Below, piece after piece: positions 36,450 through 47,070 of a stretch of DNA of 64,000 nt. Position 1 is the first letter of the stretch. Every line of letters begins with the position of its first letter. The position numbers and the translations under genes were made by a program. The notes beneath the pieces were generated by a model, which searched no databases, was not told the DNA's origin, and saw only the letters and a program-made list of their open reading frames with translations. The DNA is from Eukaryota sp. TZLM1-RC. Its lineage: Eukaryota > Protista > Metamonada: BaSk clade. The stretch covers positions 992,001 to 1,056,000 of the forward strand of contig JAUPSS010000002.1 in assembly GCA_040285825.1 (NCBI GenBank). The letters are read 5' to 3'.

Positions 36450-36870
36450 AGAGAACCAATATTTCCAATACATAATCCTGATCTACTTGTTTTCATTACC
36501 ATTGCTTCGCTTATTTGATGAATTAACTGACAAAAACTTTTAATTATGGCGAATTGCAGTTGTGAGCCCCATGTGTAACTATCAAATTTCTTCGTTGTTC
36601 TTTCTTCAACCAATTTTTGCAAATCATTCAAAAAATCTCCTGTTTCTATTCATAGTTTTTCCTTTATAAAAATGAAAGAGCAATAAAAGAGTTGTCTGTT
36701 ACCATCAGCATTAGCGTTTTGATAACTTTGTCACATTTTCTATGCTTATCTTTCGCTTTGTATTCGAGAGCGTTAAAAGTATTAAGTTTTCTCCTTTAAA
36801 GCAATGTATCATTTGCAGCATCATAGGAAACAAAATCAACAACAACTTCAGAGTTATCAATCCATGTTTC
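36450..36870 (-). mobile_element. CRE family A-related 3' fragment, tail-to-tail with 35700-36440
   Basis: WIDNSEVVVDFVSYDAANDTL and NDLQKLVEERTTKKFDSYTWGSQLQFAII. Confidence 0.75.
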
Positions 36871-37129
36871 AGAAATTGAAAATTCATCAGAAATTAAAAC
36901 AAAAATTTAATCAAAAATATCATATAAATCTATTCAATTCAATAGAATGTTAATGAATAATGATCCAAATTTGGTGTTAATGTTATAAAAGGCGAAAAAC
37001 CAACAATCAACCCTCAACTCACGTGCTCAGATACTCAAAAGCATTATTCTGAAATCTGATGTGACTTATTGCCAGGTTACATATATGATAAACCATATTG
37101 ATAACCTGACTCTAATGTTGAGTTTGTCC

Positions 37130-37590
37130 AGGAATTGTCCTTCACAACAGAAGAGAAATTAAGAAATATTATTTATTCAAAAATCTTCATCATAAGCAGC
37201 TGGTCTTGATCAGTTGCCCTATTTGGTGTTCAAAACGTTTCCATCTTTGTTGGCAATGATTGATTACTTATTTAACAGAATAATTGAGGCTCGAAATTAT
37301 CCATTAGGTTGGCACACAGCTGGTCTTATGCGAATTTATAAAAAAGGGTGAACCAAATGTAGTCAAAAAATAGACCTTTTTGTCTTACACCCTGTTAATC
37401 TTGAATTTTTACTACCTACGTGGCTAACTTTGTTTCCAGTTATATGATTGTTGATATTATAATATCTAAGAAAAGGTTTTCACCTAGTAAAAGCGGTTGT
37501 CTTGATCACCAATTCGTTTTTGATAACGCAATTGAAGCTGTCAACAAAAATTGTAGATCAAAATTAGTCTTAATTAAGACAGATGTAGTT
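37130..37590 (+). mobile_element. fragment of a different non-LTR RT (R2/NeSL-like N-terminal RT motifs)
   Basis: AAGLDQLPYLVFK, YPLGWHTAGLMRIYKKG, RPF, KRFSPSKSGCLDHQF, LVLIKTDVVN. Confidence 0.6.
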
Positions 37591-38170
37591 AATTTTTCTA
37601 CATCGGTTTTTGAAATTTCTTCATTTAATACAAAAATAGTAGAACTATGCGTCGTCATCATCAATTCTTCCCAATCTTCAGATCTTTCAAAAAACTCAAG
37701 TATTGCATTTCTGCATCCACCGATAAAAGCACACGAAGTAAGAATTGAGACTTTTGTCCAACTTAAACCGCCATAGTGTGGACTAAGATAAGCATGATCA
37801 GGAATTTGGGACATTTTACAACCTAGTAATTGTGACAAAACTTTTGCACGTAATTCATTGAACTTCCGGGCCAAAGGCCTATAGACGAGAGGATTTGTAG
37901 ATAGAAATCAATGATTAAAGTTGGAATTGAAACAAAGTCTGATAATGGCAAATTTGATATTTTTCTGTTCATCCAATTTCATCTTTTGGCCCAAGAAAAA
38001 CTTAGAAAATATGACAAAGATATTGAAGAAGCTAATGCTGTCAGAAATAGACCACTTGTTTTGCTTTTCCATTTTCCATAAACGGAAGACTATCAGTTGA
38101 AGCAGAAACCTTTTTGAATGGTTTCCGAAAAATGGTTCAAGAAACAACAATGAAAAGATTTGATATTTTT
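37590..38170. mobile_element. rearranged CRE family A fragments (37590-37985 minus, 38000-38170 plus)
   Basis: KFNELRAKVLSQLLGCKMSQIPDHAYLSPHYGGL on minus; RKYDKDIEEANA...INGRLSVEAETF on plus. Confidence 0.8.
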
Positions 38171-38749
38171 TATTTTTAGACTAATTGTTTAGTTGCAACT
38201 GTAGAAAGATTTCGTGCTCTTTGTTATTTAAAAATAGACCACAAATTTACAATAACTAATGTGTTCTAAAAATTAATGATTTCGACCTTCCTTCGTTGAA
38301 AGACAAAGAGAAGCGTTTTAGTGTGTTGTGTTAACAGTACCGAACAGATGCTTGTAATGCTCTTAATATTTCCAAATGTGTTTTGTCAAAGATTGAAGAT
38401 AATATAAAACATCTCCAGAATCAAGCATTATTACCAAATTATGTTTTCCACACTTTTTCTGTTGGTATTTACAAGAACATGAATCACCCACCACATTTAT
38501 TGAAATTACTATTACATCGCTATTGAGTAGAACGTTGAAATCATGGCTAGGTGTCACTAGAACTAAATGAGATGCGTGTGAAGAAAATAAGGAAAAAATA
38601 GAAAAGATGGAAAACAATAGAAAAAAACAAAAAACAAAAAATGCAAAAAATCATTTAATGAAAAAAGACAAAAATTTAAACAAAAAGAGACAAACTAATT
38701 ATTGATTCTTACGCTGCTGGTTGACGAAACTTTGAACTTCAAACAGAGA

Positions 38750-39640
38750 AGTTCAGAGAAACGGAAACAAACTACTTGAACTCGATCATTTTTAGGATTG
38801 AGAGCAGTGAAAACTCTTTCAAAACTGCAGTTATAAAAAGAATCAACGGTGAAGAGGAAATCATTAAATCTCTTCCCAATTTCACATTCCAAGAATTTAA
38901 TTGACCATCTACGCAATCGGAGATGTCAGTATCAGAATATTTTAAAAAAATCTTTGGATCTGCAGCAATTCAAGGAGTACATTAAAATGAAATTACTCCA
39001 CAATGAATTGCTCTGTCCCATTTACCAAGACCCCTTGTCTAGACGCCACACACTATACAAATATCTGAATAAACAAAAGAGTGAGGCTGCCTGGGTTAAA
39101 GTATTAAAAGCCAGGTTAAGGGCTGATGCTCACAATGTTGTAATTGGCTCTGGTGCTTGGGACGCTAAGACAAACCGAAAAGCAGCACATTCAGAGGGGT
39201 TGGCTAAGAAGAATTCCGAGAAAAGCTGATATAAAAGAATACTTGGAAGACGAGTATCGTACAGTAAGAGATGTGCTGGTTGTACTGAGGATCATCGCGA
39301 AATAGATACGAAATGCGATGTAAAGGTCCAAGATCCAAATGCCTATAAAAAAGGCAAGCGTAAAAAGAAGAGGTTAAAGAATGACTTGCGAGAGGCTAAA
39401 AAACAGTATCCTGAAGCTGATTCTATTCAAGATCTTGAAAACAAAATTGAACTTCCACAAACTGGAATATAAAAAAAGACGATATCAAACTAGTCACATG
39501 CCATGGACTGCTACACTGTCAAAATAGTGAATGTGGTTTCTATTGGGATAGGGATGTTAACAGTGCTCTGAACATGTACAGGATTACGTACTCTCATATT
39601 CATAATAATTGTAGACCAATGGTACTGCAACGATCAGTGA
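38750..39640 (+). pseudogene. Fanzor1 C-terminal remnant
   Basis: KSLDLQQFKEYIK, YLNKQKSEAAW, VVIGSGAW, EDEYRT, RCAGC, HGLLHCQNSECGFYWDRDVNSALNM, RPMVLQR. Frameshifted. Confidence 0.85.
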
Positions 39641-39754
39641 GTGTGGGAATGAATGTTGAGAGTATTAGTATAAAGATTTATTAGCATGGATAGAAACATA
39701 CATATTTTGAGTTACCACTACCCCTTACCAGTAGATATTTATTATACATATCCA

Positions 39755-40804
39755 ATGGCGTCCACAGATGTCACGGGCCTTCTACCCATGTCTAACTTCG
39801 AGACTTTTTCAGAATCCATATCCCCACTCTTACCCCTTAGGCCTAGAAAACATTCACGGCCGACACGTACAACACAGTGCAAAACTTCAGCACAATGCCG
39901 TTGTGGATGTAGGATACCGATAACTGAATGTGAATATTTTCTTAGAGACCTCTGGCGTTTCTACGACCTTCCATTTGGTCTTGAAGTTCCTGTCAAAAAC
40001 CTTCCTGTATCACATGTACATTTTGTTCCTTATCTGTCTTCTGTTCAAATCTACGTCCATGTTGATGCAGTGAACAATCTCTCCCACCTTATCAGTCCCC
40101 CTTCTGTTTCTCCGATAGATGATGCTCAACTTGTTTTAGAATTTTTTGAAACCGTACAACCTGAAGCTCGACTGCCTTTTCCTGAACAAATCCATGCCCT
40201 TGCAGCTAGCTGTCCGCTACTGAATGAAGGTAAATCTTCCCTGCTTCACCCCCGTAGTTGGTTCTCGGTCCTTTGGTACCCTCTTTTGTGCGACAAGCAT
40301 ACCATTCCTTTTCTGAAAGGCTCTTTCCTTTCTTATCATGGATTCCAGTTCCAAGAGGATACCAACTATGCATGTCTGTGTCATTGTCGAAGTCAATTTA
40401 GATCACCGTTCAACAATCTTTTGCAACTGCTTCCTCTAAACACTGTTCTCTCTTCATTTGCTACTCCTGACAAAACAAAGCCGAAAGGCAATTCCTATAA
40501 GAATACCTCGTCTCCTTCATCTACTGGGTGTAACTCTCGAACTGTATATGGTCCGGCATTCAAACCCACGATGGACGGTCTGCAGGAGTATCTACCACCG
40601 CCCTGTTACTTGTCAAACCGACTGTTTCCTTTTGGAATGTTACCACACAAAATTCACAACCCAACTTGGTTTTGGAAGGATCAAACCTTTTCTCCTTGGG
40701 AGGAAGCACTGCTGGAAAACCCTTCAGAATTTGTTTCAATGTTCCAAATTGATCATCATGATTATGCACACATCGTTAGCTCTTCTTTATCTATGCCTAT
40801 GTAG
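39755..40804 (+). CDS. DUF789 family protein
   Basis: SNFETF..SISP, LRDLWRFYD..FGLEV, HFVPYLSSVQIY, EFFETVQP..RLP, LHPRSWFSVLWYP, SFLSYH, HHDY. Start taken as MAST. Confidence 0.8.
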   Translation: MASTDVTGLLPMSNFETFSESISPLLPLRPRKHSRPTRTTQCKTSAQCRCGCRIPITECEYFLRDLWRFYDLPFGLEVPVKNLPVSHVHFVPYLSSVQIYVHVDAVNNLSHLISPPSVSPIDDAQLVLEFFETVQPEARLPFPEQIHALAASCPLLNEGKSSLLHPRSWFSVLWYPLLCDKHTIPFLKGSFLSYHGFQFQEDTNYACLCHCRSQFRSPFNNLLQLLPLNTVLSSFATPDKTKPKGNSYKNTSSPSSTGCNSRTVYGPAFKPTMDGLQEYLPPPCYLSNRLFPFGMLPHKIHNPTWFWKDQTFSPWEEALLENPSEFVSMFQIDHHDYAHIVSSSLSMPM

Positions 40805-41147
40805 TTGTCTCGTTGTTGTTTTGAATTGTAGTATTCAGTAGATTTACTTTTTTCAATGTAGTTTTGTCTAGTGTATTTAGAATTCAGTTTTGATTTGTAT
40901 TATGTTATTTTCTCGCTATAAATTTTTTTATTTGAATGTTATATTGTAATTGGTTCAAATACAGACACTCATAGTATCTCATGTTTATTGATCAATAGCC
41001 AGCTTTTCCTTTACCTGACATTATTGCAAAGTTGATTATTGTTGACCAGTTTATTAGACATAACACTTTATAATTCGTGGGGTTTTCAATTTAAAACAAG
41101 TATTTACACTATTGAGTCTAGTATTTGGGGTCGATTTTTTGTGTATA

Positions 41148-41266
41148 ATGAGGACAACGTTTTATTTTGTTAGTGAATTTTGTGTTAAAATTTTACTATT
41201 GGTGGGGACGTGGAGTTGAATCCAGGACCCATTGATAAAAAAATAAAAGAAACCTTCACTGGGTGA
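41148..41266 (+). other. 2A-like (StopGo) peptide motif in a short frameshifted ORF
   Basis: 41201-41230 encodes GGDVELNPGP. The upstream frame MRTTFYFVSEFCVKILLL joins it if one G is restored at ~41201. Confidence 0.65.
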
Positions 41267-41347
41267 TGCTCGACATGATTTGGTAACAGAACTGGTAGTA
41301 GGAGGTAAGTCACAATTTCAATTTGATCTTTTTGACCTTTCTCCAGT

Positions 41348-42487
41348 ATGAGTACATTAACATCACCACAAAGTCTTTTCTCCTTGGACGAGGCATTAGT
41401 CTGTTGTAATCTTAATACCACTAGCAATGGTTCTATGATGTTCACTGCACTTCTATCAAAATTGCTTACAACTTCACCCATTGAGATAGATATTGGTTTA
41501 AATATATTACACGACGATAGATTTGTTTTATACAATCCAGGGCAATCTTTGGAAACCATTACCGTCACTAGACCGTGTGTTTTGATGATTCGCCACTACT
41601 TATCAATCATTCCTTCCCTTCCAATGTTATCTTTAACTTGCTGTCCGCATTTAGAAACATTTTACGTCACGGGTCTCCATTTATCTGACATCAAAAACAT
41701 TCTTTCCTTTCATCAAATGTTTGTTTTCAGAAATGATGTTTTTTACACACTTGTAAAAGAAAGAATCAAGAAATTCCAAAAAGAACATACTCTTCCTCGG
41801 GGCCCAGACCAATTAGATCCATTAGCTGAAGCCGCCAAGAAAATGAGAGGACCTGGTGTTGTCAAACTAAAACCCAAAAAAGTATCCTCATTTAAGCAAA
41901 AAATTATATCATCTAGATCTAACAACACCACGGTTATGGGGAATACTGTTGATTTACACAATGATTCGTTATTCGATGAAGATTATAGCATACTTTGTAG
42001 TTCTCCACTAATGGAGTTGCCAGTGTTTGCTCCTCTGTATATGCCACACATCAGTGGTTCAGAACTCAACAGCAAAGTTAAGAATTTGTTGGTTAAGCTT
42101 AATACATTTCAAGTTCGTAAAATTAAGCAAAATAAAGCTTCGGCACAATCTAAAAAAAGAATAGTATTGGGGTTTAAAGAATGTCTTCGTTCACTGAAGA
42201 ATAGAAAGTCACGTCTATTAATCCTGGCTGTGGATTTGGAAAACACACTAAATGATGAAAAGCCAGTCGAACACAGAGTTGATGAGCTCTGTAAGATGGC
42301 AAGTGAGACTAACACTCCTTTTCTGTTTTGCCTTACTCGATATGCTTTATGCAAAGCTCTTGGTCGGTCTGGGGGCTTTGTCAGTTGCGTTTCTGTTGTT
42401 TTTGACAATGGTGTTGAACATGATATTCGAGATATTATTGATCTTGTTGAAGAGTACAGAATCAAAGCAGATCTCAGAGCTCTTTGA
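41348..42487 (+). CDS. SECISBP2: SECIS-binding protein 2 (Sec insertion domain plus L7Ae domain)
   Basis: QLDP...RG...KPKKVSSFKQKIISSR (SID-like) and KKRIVLGFKECLRSL..LLILAVDLE...PFLFCLTRYALCKAL..VSCVSV. True start may be 41624. Confidence 0.8.
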   Translation: MSTLTSPQSLFSLDEALVCCNLNTTSNGSMMFTALLSKLLTTSPIEIDIGLNILHDDRFVLYNPGQSLETITVTRPCVLMIRHYLSIIPSLPMLSLTCCPHLETFYVTGLHLSDIKNILSFHQMFVFRNDVFYTLVKERIKKFQKEHTLPRGPDQLDPLAEAAKKMRGPGVVKLKPKKVSSFKQKIISSRSNNTTVMGNTVDLHNDSLFDEDYSILCSSPLMELPVFAPLYMPHISGSELNSKVKNLLVKLNTFQVRKIKQNKASAQSKKRIVLGFKECLRSLKNRKSRLLILAVDLENTLNDEKPVEHRVDELCKMASETNTPFLFCLTRYALCKALGRSGGFVSCVSVVFDNGVEHDIRDIIDLVEEYRIKADLRAL

Positions 42488-42522
42488 TATCCTTTATTTA
42501 TATTCATCCATTTTACACTATA

Positions 42523-44334
42523 ATGACGACGTTTGCCCTTGACGACTTAATACCTTGTCTTAAAACTTTATCATCTACTGATTCTTCTGAAGTTTCGTGT
42601 ACTTGTTCTGTGGTTTCATTTGGTCGTTACATCCGTGATTCATCATTAAAAGTCCAACTTCCAAGTCCTCCTTCACATGATCGGCTTGGACTTTCCATAC
42701 TTCCCTCTGAAGCCATTGATTCATTGGGACATTGGGTAGATGACTCAATCTTTGACGTTCAACTCGAAGATAGCGAGGATTCTATTATATGTACATTCTC
42801 TCCTCTTTTAAACAATTTGTTCTTCAACACTTCTATCACTGCTGGTACTGTTATTAAGATCACCTCAACCAGCACTGTTGGTTCTCATTTATTAATCACC
42901 AATGTTGAGATCTTGGGCGTTCTTCTCGGTTGTGCTTCCTCTCGTGTTTTCCCTGCCCATATTACTGATCCGGTACCTGTCCCACCTAAGCCATTAACAT
43001 CTCTTCCTGATCACAATCCAATCTTCTCCTCCCGCAAGTTTTTTCTTCCTCTCTTTGACAATTCTTTACCCTTACCCTCTGCTGATCCCCACATTTCTCT
43101 CAGTCCTCTCACTATCTACAACGAAGACAACATTCCCCGTTCACTATCTGAGTTTCTTGAACGCCCTTTCCCCAGATATCCTCTGGTTGCGTGCGTTACA
43201 GACTGTGGACTGCTTACTCACGTTGCTTCCTCTACGCAACGGAAGCCTTTTAAACCAGGACTTACTGTAGGACGACCACTCAAGTTTTGTTTTCGTATAG
43301 CTGATTCCAAAGTCAACATTCCTTGCTCAGCTTGGGATTCACTTGGGTTTGAACTGTGGAATCAGCTAACTCCTGGAATGTTTATTGTTATTGAGCAGTG
43401 TAAGCTTTCCAAGTATTTAGGTGAGAATGAATTAAAGTTCAATTCCCCTAGTACAAGAGTCTATTCCTACTTCCCTTCTCCTTCTGGTTCACTGGCTCCT
43501 CTTCCTCCTTTGCTCACATCAATGGTGCTCTTGAACAAGCTTCCTTTCATGGCCACTGTTAATGTTTTTGGCAGGATTGAATATTGTTCAAAGGTTTGTT
43601 TTCGCAGGGTAACTCGTGGAGATTTTCAATTGTATAGAATATTAGTATTGGCATTCAATGATCTTTCTGTTCCGCTGTTTCTTGCATTATCTTCTAAACC
43701 TCATGTTTTTTCTCAATTGAGCTGCTCTAGGAAACTTTTGGTCACCAATGTGCAAATTAGAAGTTACACACCAAATTCTTTGGCTAGTTCTAGGTCTGTT
43801 CTTCTTCATTCTACAGTTTTTACTGATGTTATCTTCCCTGAAAGTGGGCATTATTTAGCACAACATTCAATTTTTGACAATTTTCCATTACCGAAACCAT
43901 CAAACTCTATTTGCAGGCTTCCTGATCATCTTTTTGGTCTCTCAAAGCTTTTCACTTCGCTTCGTCTCGTTCATTTACGTGATGTCGTTAAGGAAATGAG
44001 GAGAATGGCACCGATGGAGGGTTTTTACATAACAACTGTTTGTAAATTTCATCATGAAGGGAAGCATCATTGTACGCTTTCGATTGATGGTGTTCGACAG
44101 TTTGCCGAGTGTATTCAAAGTTCCTTGTTTTCTTACTATGATCCAAATACCATTGTGTCACCTCTTCTTGTTGATACCACTTCTTATACATTTCACAATT
44201 CTTTGGCAATGATCTCTGGCCAGAAGGTGGTGGTCCTGGCTTGGATGGAACGAATTAAAGATTCTACATTTGTAGAAGTTTGTGGTATTTTTCCTTATTC
44301 TGATGGTTTTGTGTGCTTTAAATCAAAGGATTAA
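42523..44334 (+). CDS. multi-OB-fold ssDNA-binding protein, RADX/RPA1-like
   Basis: FDVQLED..IICTFSPLLNNL..G.VIKI; RKFFLPLFDN; FRIADSKVNIPCSAWDSL..W..L.PG; VNVFGRIEYC. Confidence 0.6.
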   Translation: MTTFALDDLIPCLKTLSSTDSSEVSCTCSVVSFGRYIRDSSLKVQLPSPPSHDRLGLSILPSEAIDSLGHWVDDSIFDVQLEDSEDSIICTFSPLLNNLFFNTSITAGTVIKITSTSTVGSHLLITNVEILGVLLGCASSRVFPAHITDPVPVPPKPLTSLPDHNPIFSSRKFFLPLFDNSLPLPSADPHISLSPLTIYNEDNIPRSLSEFLERPFPRYPLVACVTDCGLLTHVASSTQRKPFKPGLTVGRPLKFCFRIADSKVNIPCSAWDSLGFELWNQLTPGMFIVIEQCKLSKYLGENELKFNSPSTRVYSYFPSPSGSLAPLPPLLTSMVLLNKLPFMATVNVFGRIEYCSKVCFRRVTRGDFQLYRILVLAFNDLSVPLFLALSSKPHVFSQLSCSRKLLVTNVQIRSYTPNSLASSRSVLLHSTVFTDVIFPESGHYLAQHSIFDNFPLPKPSNSICRLPDHLFGLSKLFTSLRLVHLRDVVKEMRRMAPMEGFYITTVCKFHHEGKHHCTLSIDGVRQFAECIQSSLFSYYDPNTIVSPLLVDTTSYTFHNSLAMISGQKVVVLAWMERIKDSTFVEVCGIFPYSDGFVCFKSKD

Positions 44335-44486
44335 ATAAAAATAATGAATTTTATTTTCAGTAAAATATTGAAAAATACAGTTAAATAATATAAAACAAAA
44401 ACCACACAAACAAAGTTGTTCCAAACAACTCCATTTAAATGCATTAAAATACAAAAATTCCATTAATAAACGACAATGTTGGATAA

Positions 44487-45737
44487 TCACCCATAAATAA
44501 AAGCATGCTTCAGTGCATCATCCGGCAATATCCTTTCAGAGGCACTATAACTCAGCATTCTGTAAATCAGGTCTGTGAAATTCTTGTATTCATTCGTCAC
44601 AGTAATAGGGTCCCTTCGTTCCCGTTCCTGGTCACGTAAATTCTTTGATTTTCTGGGATGTGGAGGAAGTCCTATGACCTTTTCAAGAGGGCGAGTTCCA
44701 ACACGTTCAGCTCCTTCTTTAAGTATCCATCTTCGGGATCTATCCTTGGAAGTGTTTTGGATAAAGTATTTAAGCTTGTTTGGTGATTTCTCAATCATTG
44801 AATCAGGCGGATAACCCAAAACTTCAATCATTTGGACAATCATGTCAACTTCATTCTTCCCATAAAATAGAGGAGATCCAGTGTTTAATTCAACTAGTAT
44901 ACAACCCAGAGACCACATATCGATTGCCATTCCATAGGGTAGACCTAGCAAAACTTCTGGAGACCGGTAAAATCTACTTTGAATGTACGAATATAGTGTC
45001 TTTCCCAAGCGGCATGAAGAACCAAAGTCGATGACCTTGACAGAGGCACGGTCGCTGGCAACAAGCAGAATGTTCTCAGGTTTGAGGTCACAGTGTATTA
45101 TTTCGAGTTTTTGTAGAAATGCAAGTGAAGTAAGAATCTGGGTAGCGAAGCGTCGAACAAGAGCTATTGAAAATCCATTAAATTCACCCCGTCGCAGGAG
45201 TTCATAAAGATTAGAAGCAAGAAATTCAAAGACGATGCAGAGATGGTGTTTGTAAAAGAAGTGACGTTCAACCCGCACACAGCAGTTCTTATGGTCGGGA
45301 TCATTGTCGTTAAGCAAATTGAGAATGTTGATTTCCACATTGGCTTGCTCCAGGAAAGCAGGACGATTCTTGATGATTTTGATGGCTTTGGGTACATTTG
45401 TGGCAATGTCAATAGCTTTAACAACAACGCCAAATGATCCTTGGCCAACCTTGGCTTCTATCTCATAACGGTTGTCAAAGATTTCTCCTATGTTGAAAAT
45501 GAGATCTCCCTCTGGGGTATCGTATTCTGATTTTTGCTGCTGCTTACCCTTCTTAGCGTAGTACACCGAGTTGATATGCTTATATGTGTGAAGGAGTTTT
45601 AAGGAAAGACATTCAAGTGGACGCTTGCGACTACACTCAGCACTCTGGCTGGGAGTAGCTTGCATCGAAAGACGAGAAGCAACTGGTGGAGAATAGCGTT
45701 GTTGTGGAATGAGCGGAATACAAATTTTGTCATTCAT
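44487..45737 (-). CDS. DYRK1: DYRK1/minibrain-family kinase
   Basis: LSLKLLHTYKHINSVYYAKK, GQGSFGVV, HCDLKPEN, DFGSSC, YSYIQSRFYRSPE. Confidence 0.92.
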   Translation of the reverse strand: MNDKICIPLIPQQRYSPPVASRLSMQATPSQSAECSRKRPLECLSLKLLHTYKHINSVYYAKKGKQQQKSEYDTPEGDLIFNIGEIFDNRYEIEAKVGQGSFGVVVKAIDIATNVPKAIKIIKNRPAFLEQANVEINILNLLNDNDPDHKNCCVRVERHFFYKHHLCIVFEFLASNLYELLRRGEFNGFSIALVRRFATQILTSLAFLQKLEIIHCDLKPENILLVASDRASVKVIDFGSSCRLGKTLYSYIQSRFYRSPEVLLGLPYGMAIDMWSLGCILVELNTGSPLFYGKNEVDMIVQMIEVLGYPPDSMIEKSPNKLKYFIQNTSKDRSRRWILKEGAERVGTRPLEKVIGLPPHPRKSKNLRDQERERRDPITVTNEYKNFTDLIYRMLSYSASERILPDDALKHAFIYG

Positions 45738-45761
45738 ATAAATTTAAACACGGCTCTACGG

Positions 45762-46315
45762 CAATGTTAGAATTACTGAACTAGTTCGGCGTACGTTCGG
45801 CTGAACGTTCAGCACCTACTGATATGTTCGGTTAGTTCGGCATCTCGTTTTGATTCATTAATATCAAAACGCTGTTTATCTCTACCTTCCTTATACTATT
45901 ACACTCACTATCAACCAACAAAGTAAACTTTCATTCAAAATTGAGTACAAAATTGAGTACATAAGGCATATCCAGCTCTATACTCCTTTATGAAATGGGA
46001 GGAAAAGCGACGGGCTGAACCTTTTAGCATTTTACTGCAGCAGCGGTACTGTGAAGTAATATTTTTGGACACTGTATCGTAATTAACGTTGTCTAGAAGT
46101 TTGTAAACAGGGTGCTTTGGGATTGGAGAAACTTGATGTAAAGAAGGGGATTTATGTATGAATACAGATTTTTAAACAATGAAATCTATTGTAGTAGTTG
46201 AAATAGGGATTTGGGAAAACATCTTTACACAAAACTGTGTTGACACGTGTAAATGAACAAAAACTAGTTCGGCGTACGTTCGGAAAGGTTGCGAACGTTT
46301 GGAATTCTAACATTG
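45762..46315. mobile_element. non-autonomous hAT-type element (MITE), 554 bp
   Basis: Perfect 13-bp TIR CAATGTTAGAATT / AATTCTAACATTG. Flanking 8-mers CTCTACGG and CTCAACGG match at 7 of 8 positions. Subterminal GTTCGG repeats and a 22-bp direct repeat AACTAGTTCGGCGTACGTTCGG near both ends. Confidence 0.85.
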
Positions 46316-46650
46316 CTCAACGGTGAATGTCACATATCATGCATTCCCCTGTGAAATTCACTCCTGTTTTCCCCTTTCTCAATGTCTACTCACAGGCTGT
46401 AAGAGACATGTAGCGTCATTTGACAGAGACAATCATGATCTTCATCAATGGGCTACCTCACTTAAATACACCTACTGCTTTCACAGAACAAAGCCTCGCG
46501 ACTTGATGTATCTAAGTGGATCTACCAACTGCTACTAAGGTATTTGTAGATCGGTCTCAAAAGTTTTTCCAAAAAATTAAAAATCTACAAAATAAACATA
46601 AAATAAAAGTTTTTCCAAAGTTTTTGTTTCTGTATGCTCAGGTTCCCCAT

Positions 46651-47070
46651 TCATCTCCTCAACAGAACATCTGGGCAAATGTATCTTTCCGGCCACAATT
46701 CCGCTTTCTTCTCAATTTGAATAATTTTTGCAGCGGAAATATCTCTGCCATATACTATTTGACACTCAGTACAAATACACATCTGCCATGAGCCTGCTTG
46801 AATATTCTCGGCCATGCAACAACTGGACAGTTTGCTTGTATTAAATTCACTGGTTGACAAGTGCTTCTCGTCCTTTTGATAACACAACCATTTTCTAAAA
46901 GCCCTTGCTGATCCATTTCGATTGATTTTTCGGCAATAAGATGGGAAAATAGCAGAACCCACATCAAGGTAGAGTTTTTCAGGATGTCCAGACAGCCTTG
47001 GAAATTTGTGGAGAGTCTCTCTGAACTGTCTCTCTTTTCGTCTGCGGTTATCAAATTTAATTATTTTCCA
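46651..47070 (-). pseudogene. Fanzor C-terminal fragment (RuvC-II, Zn finger, RuvC-III) with open frame
   Basis: KFDNRRRKERQF, LDVGSAIF, SEFNTSKLSSCC, CTECQIVYGRDISAAK. The first ~40 aa of the listed ORF are antisense CRE sequence. Confidence 0.8.
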
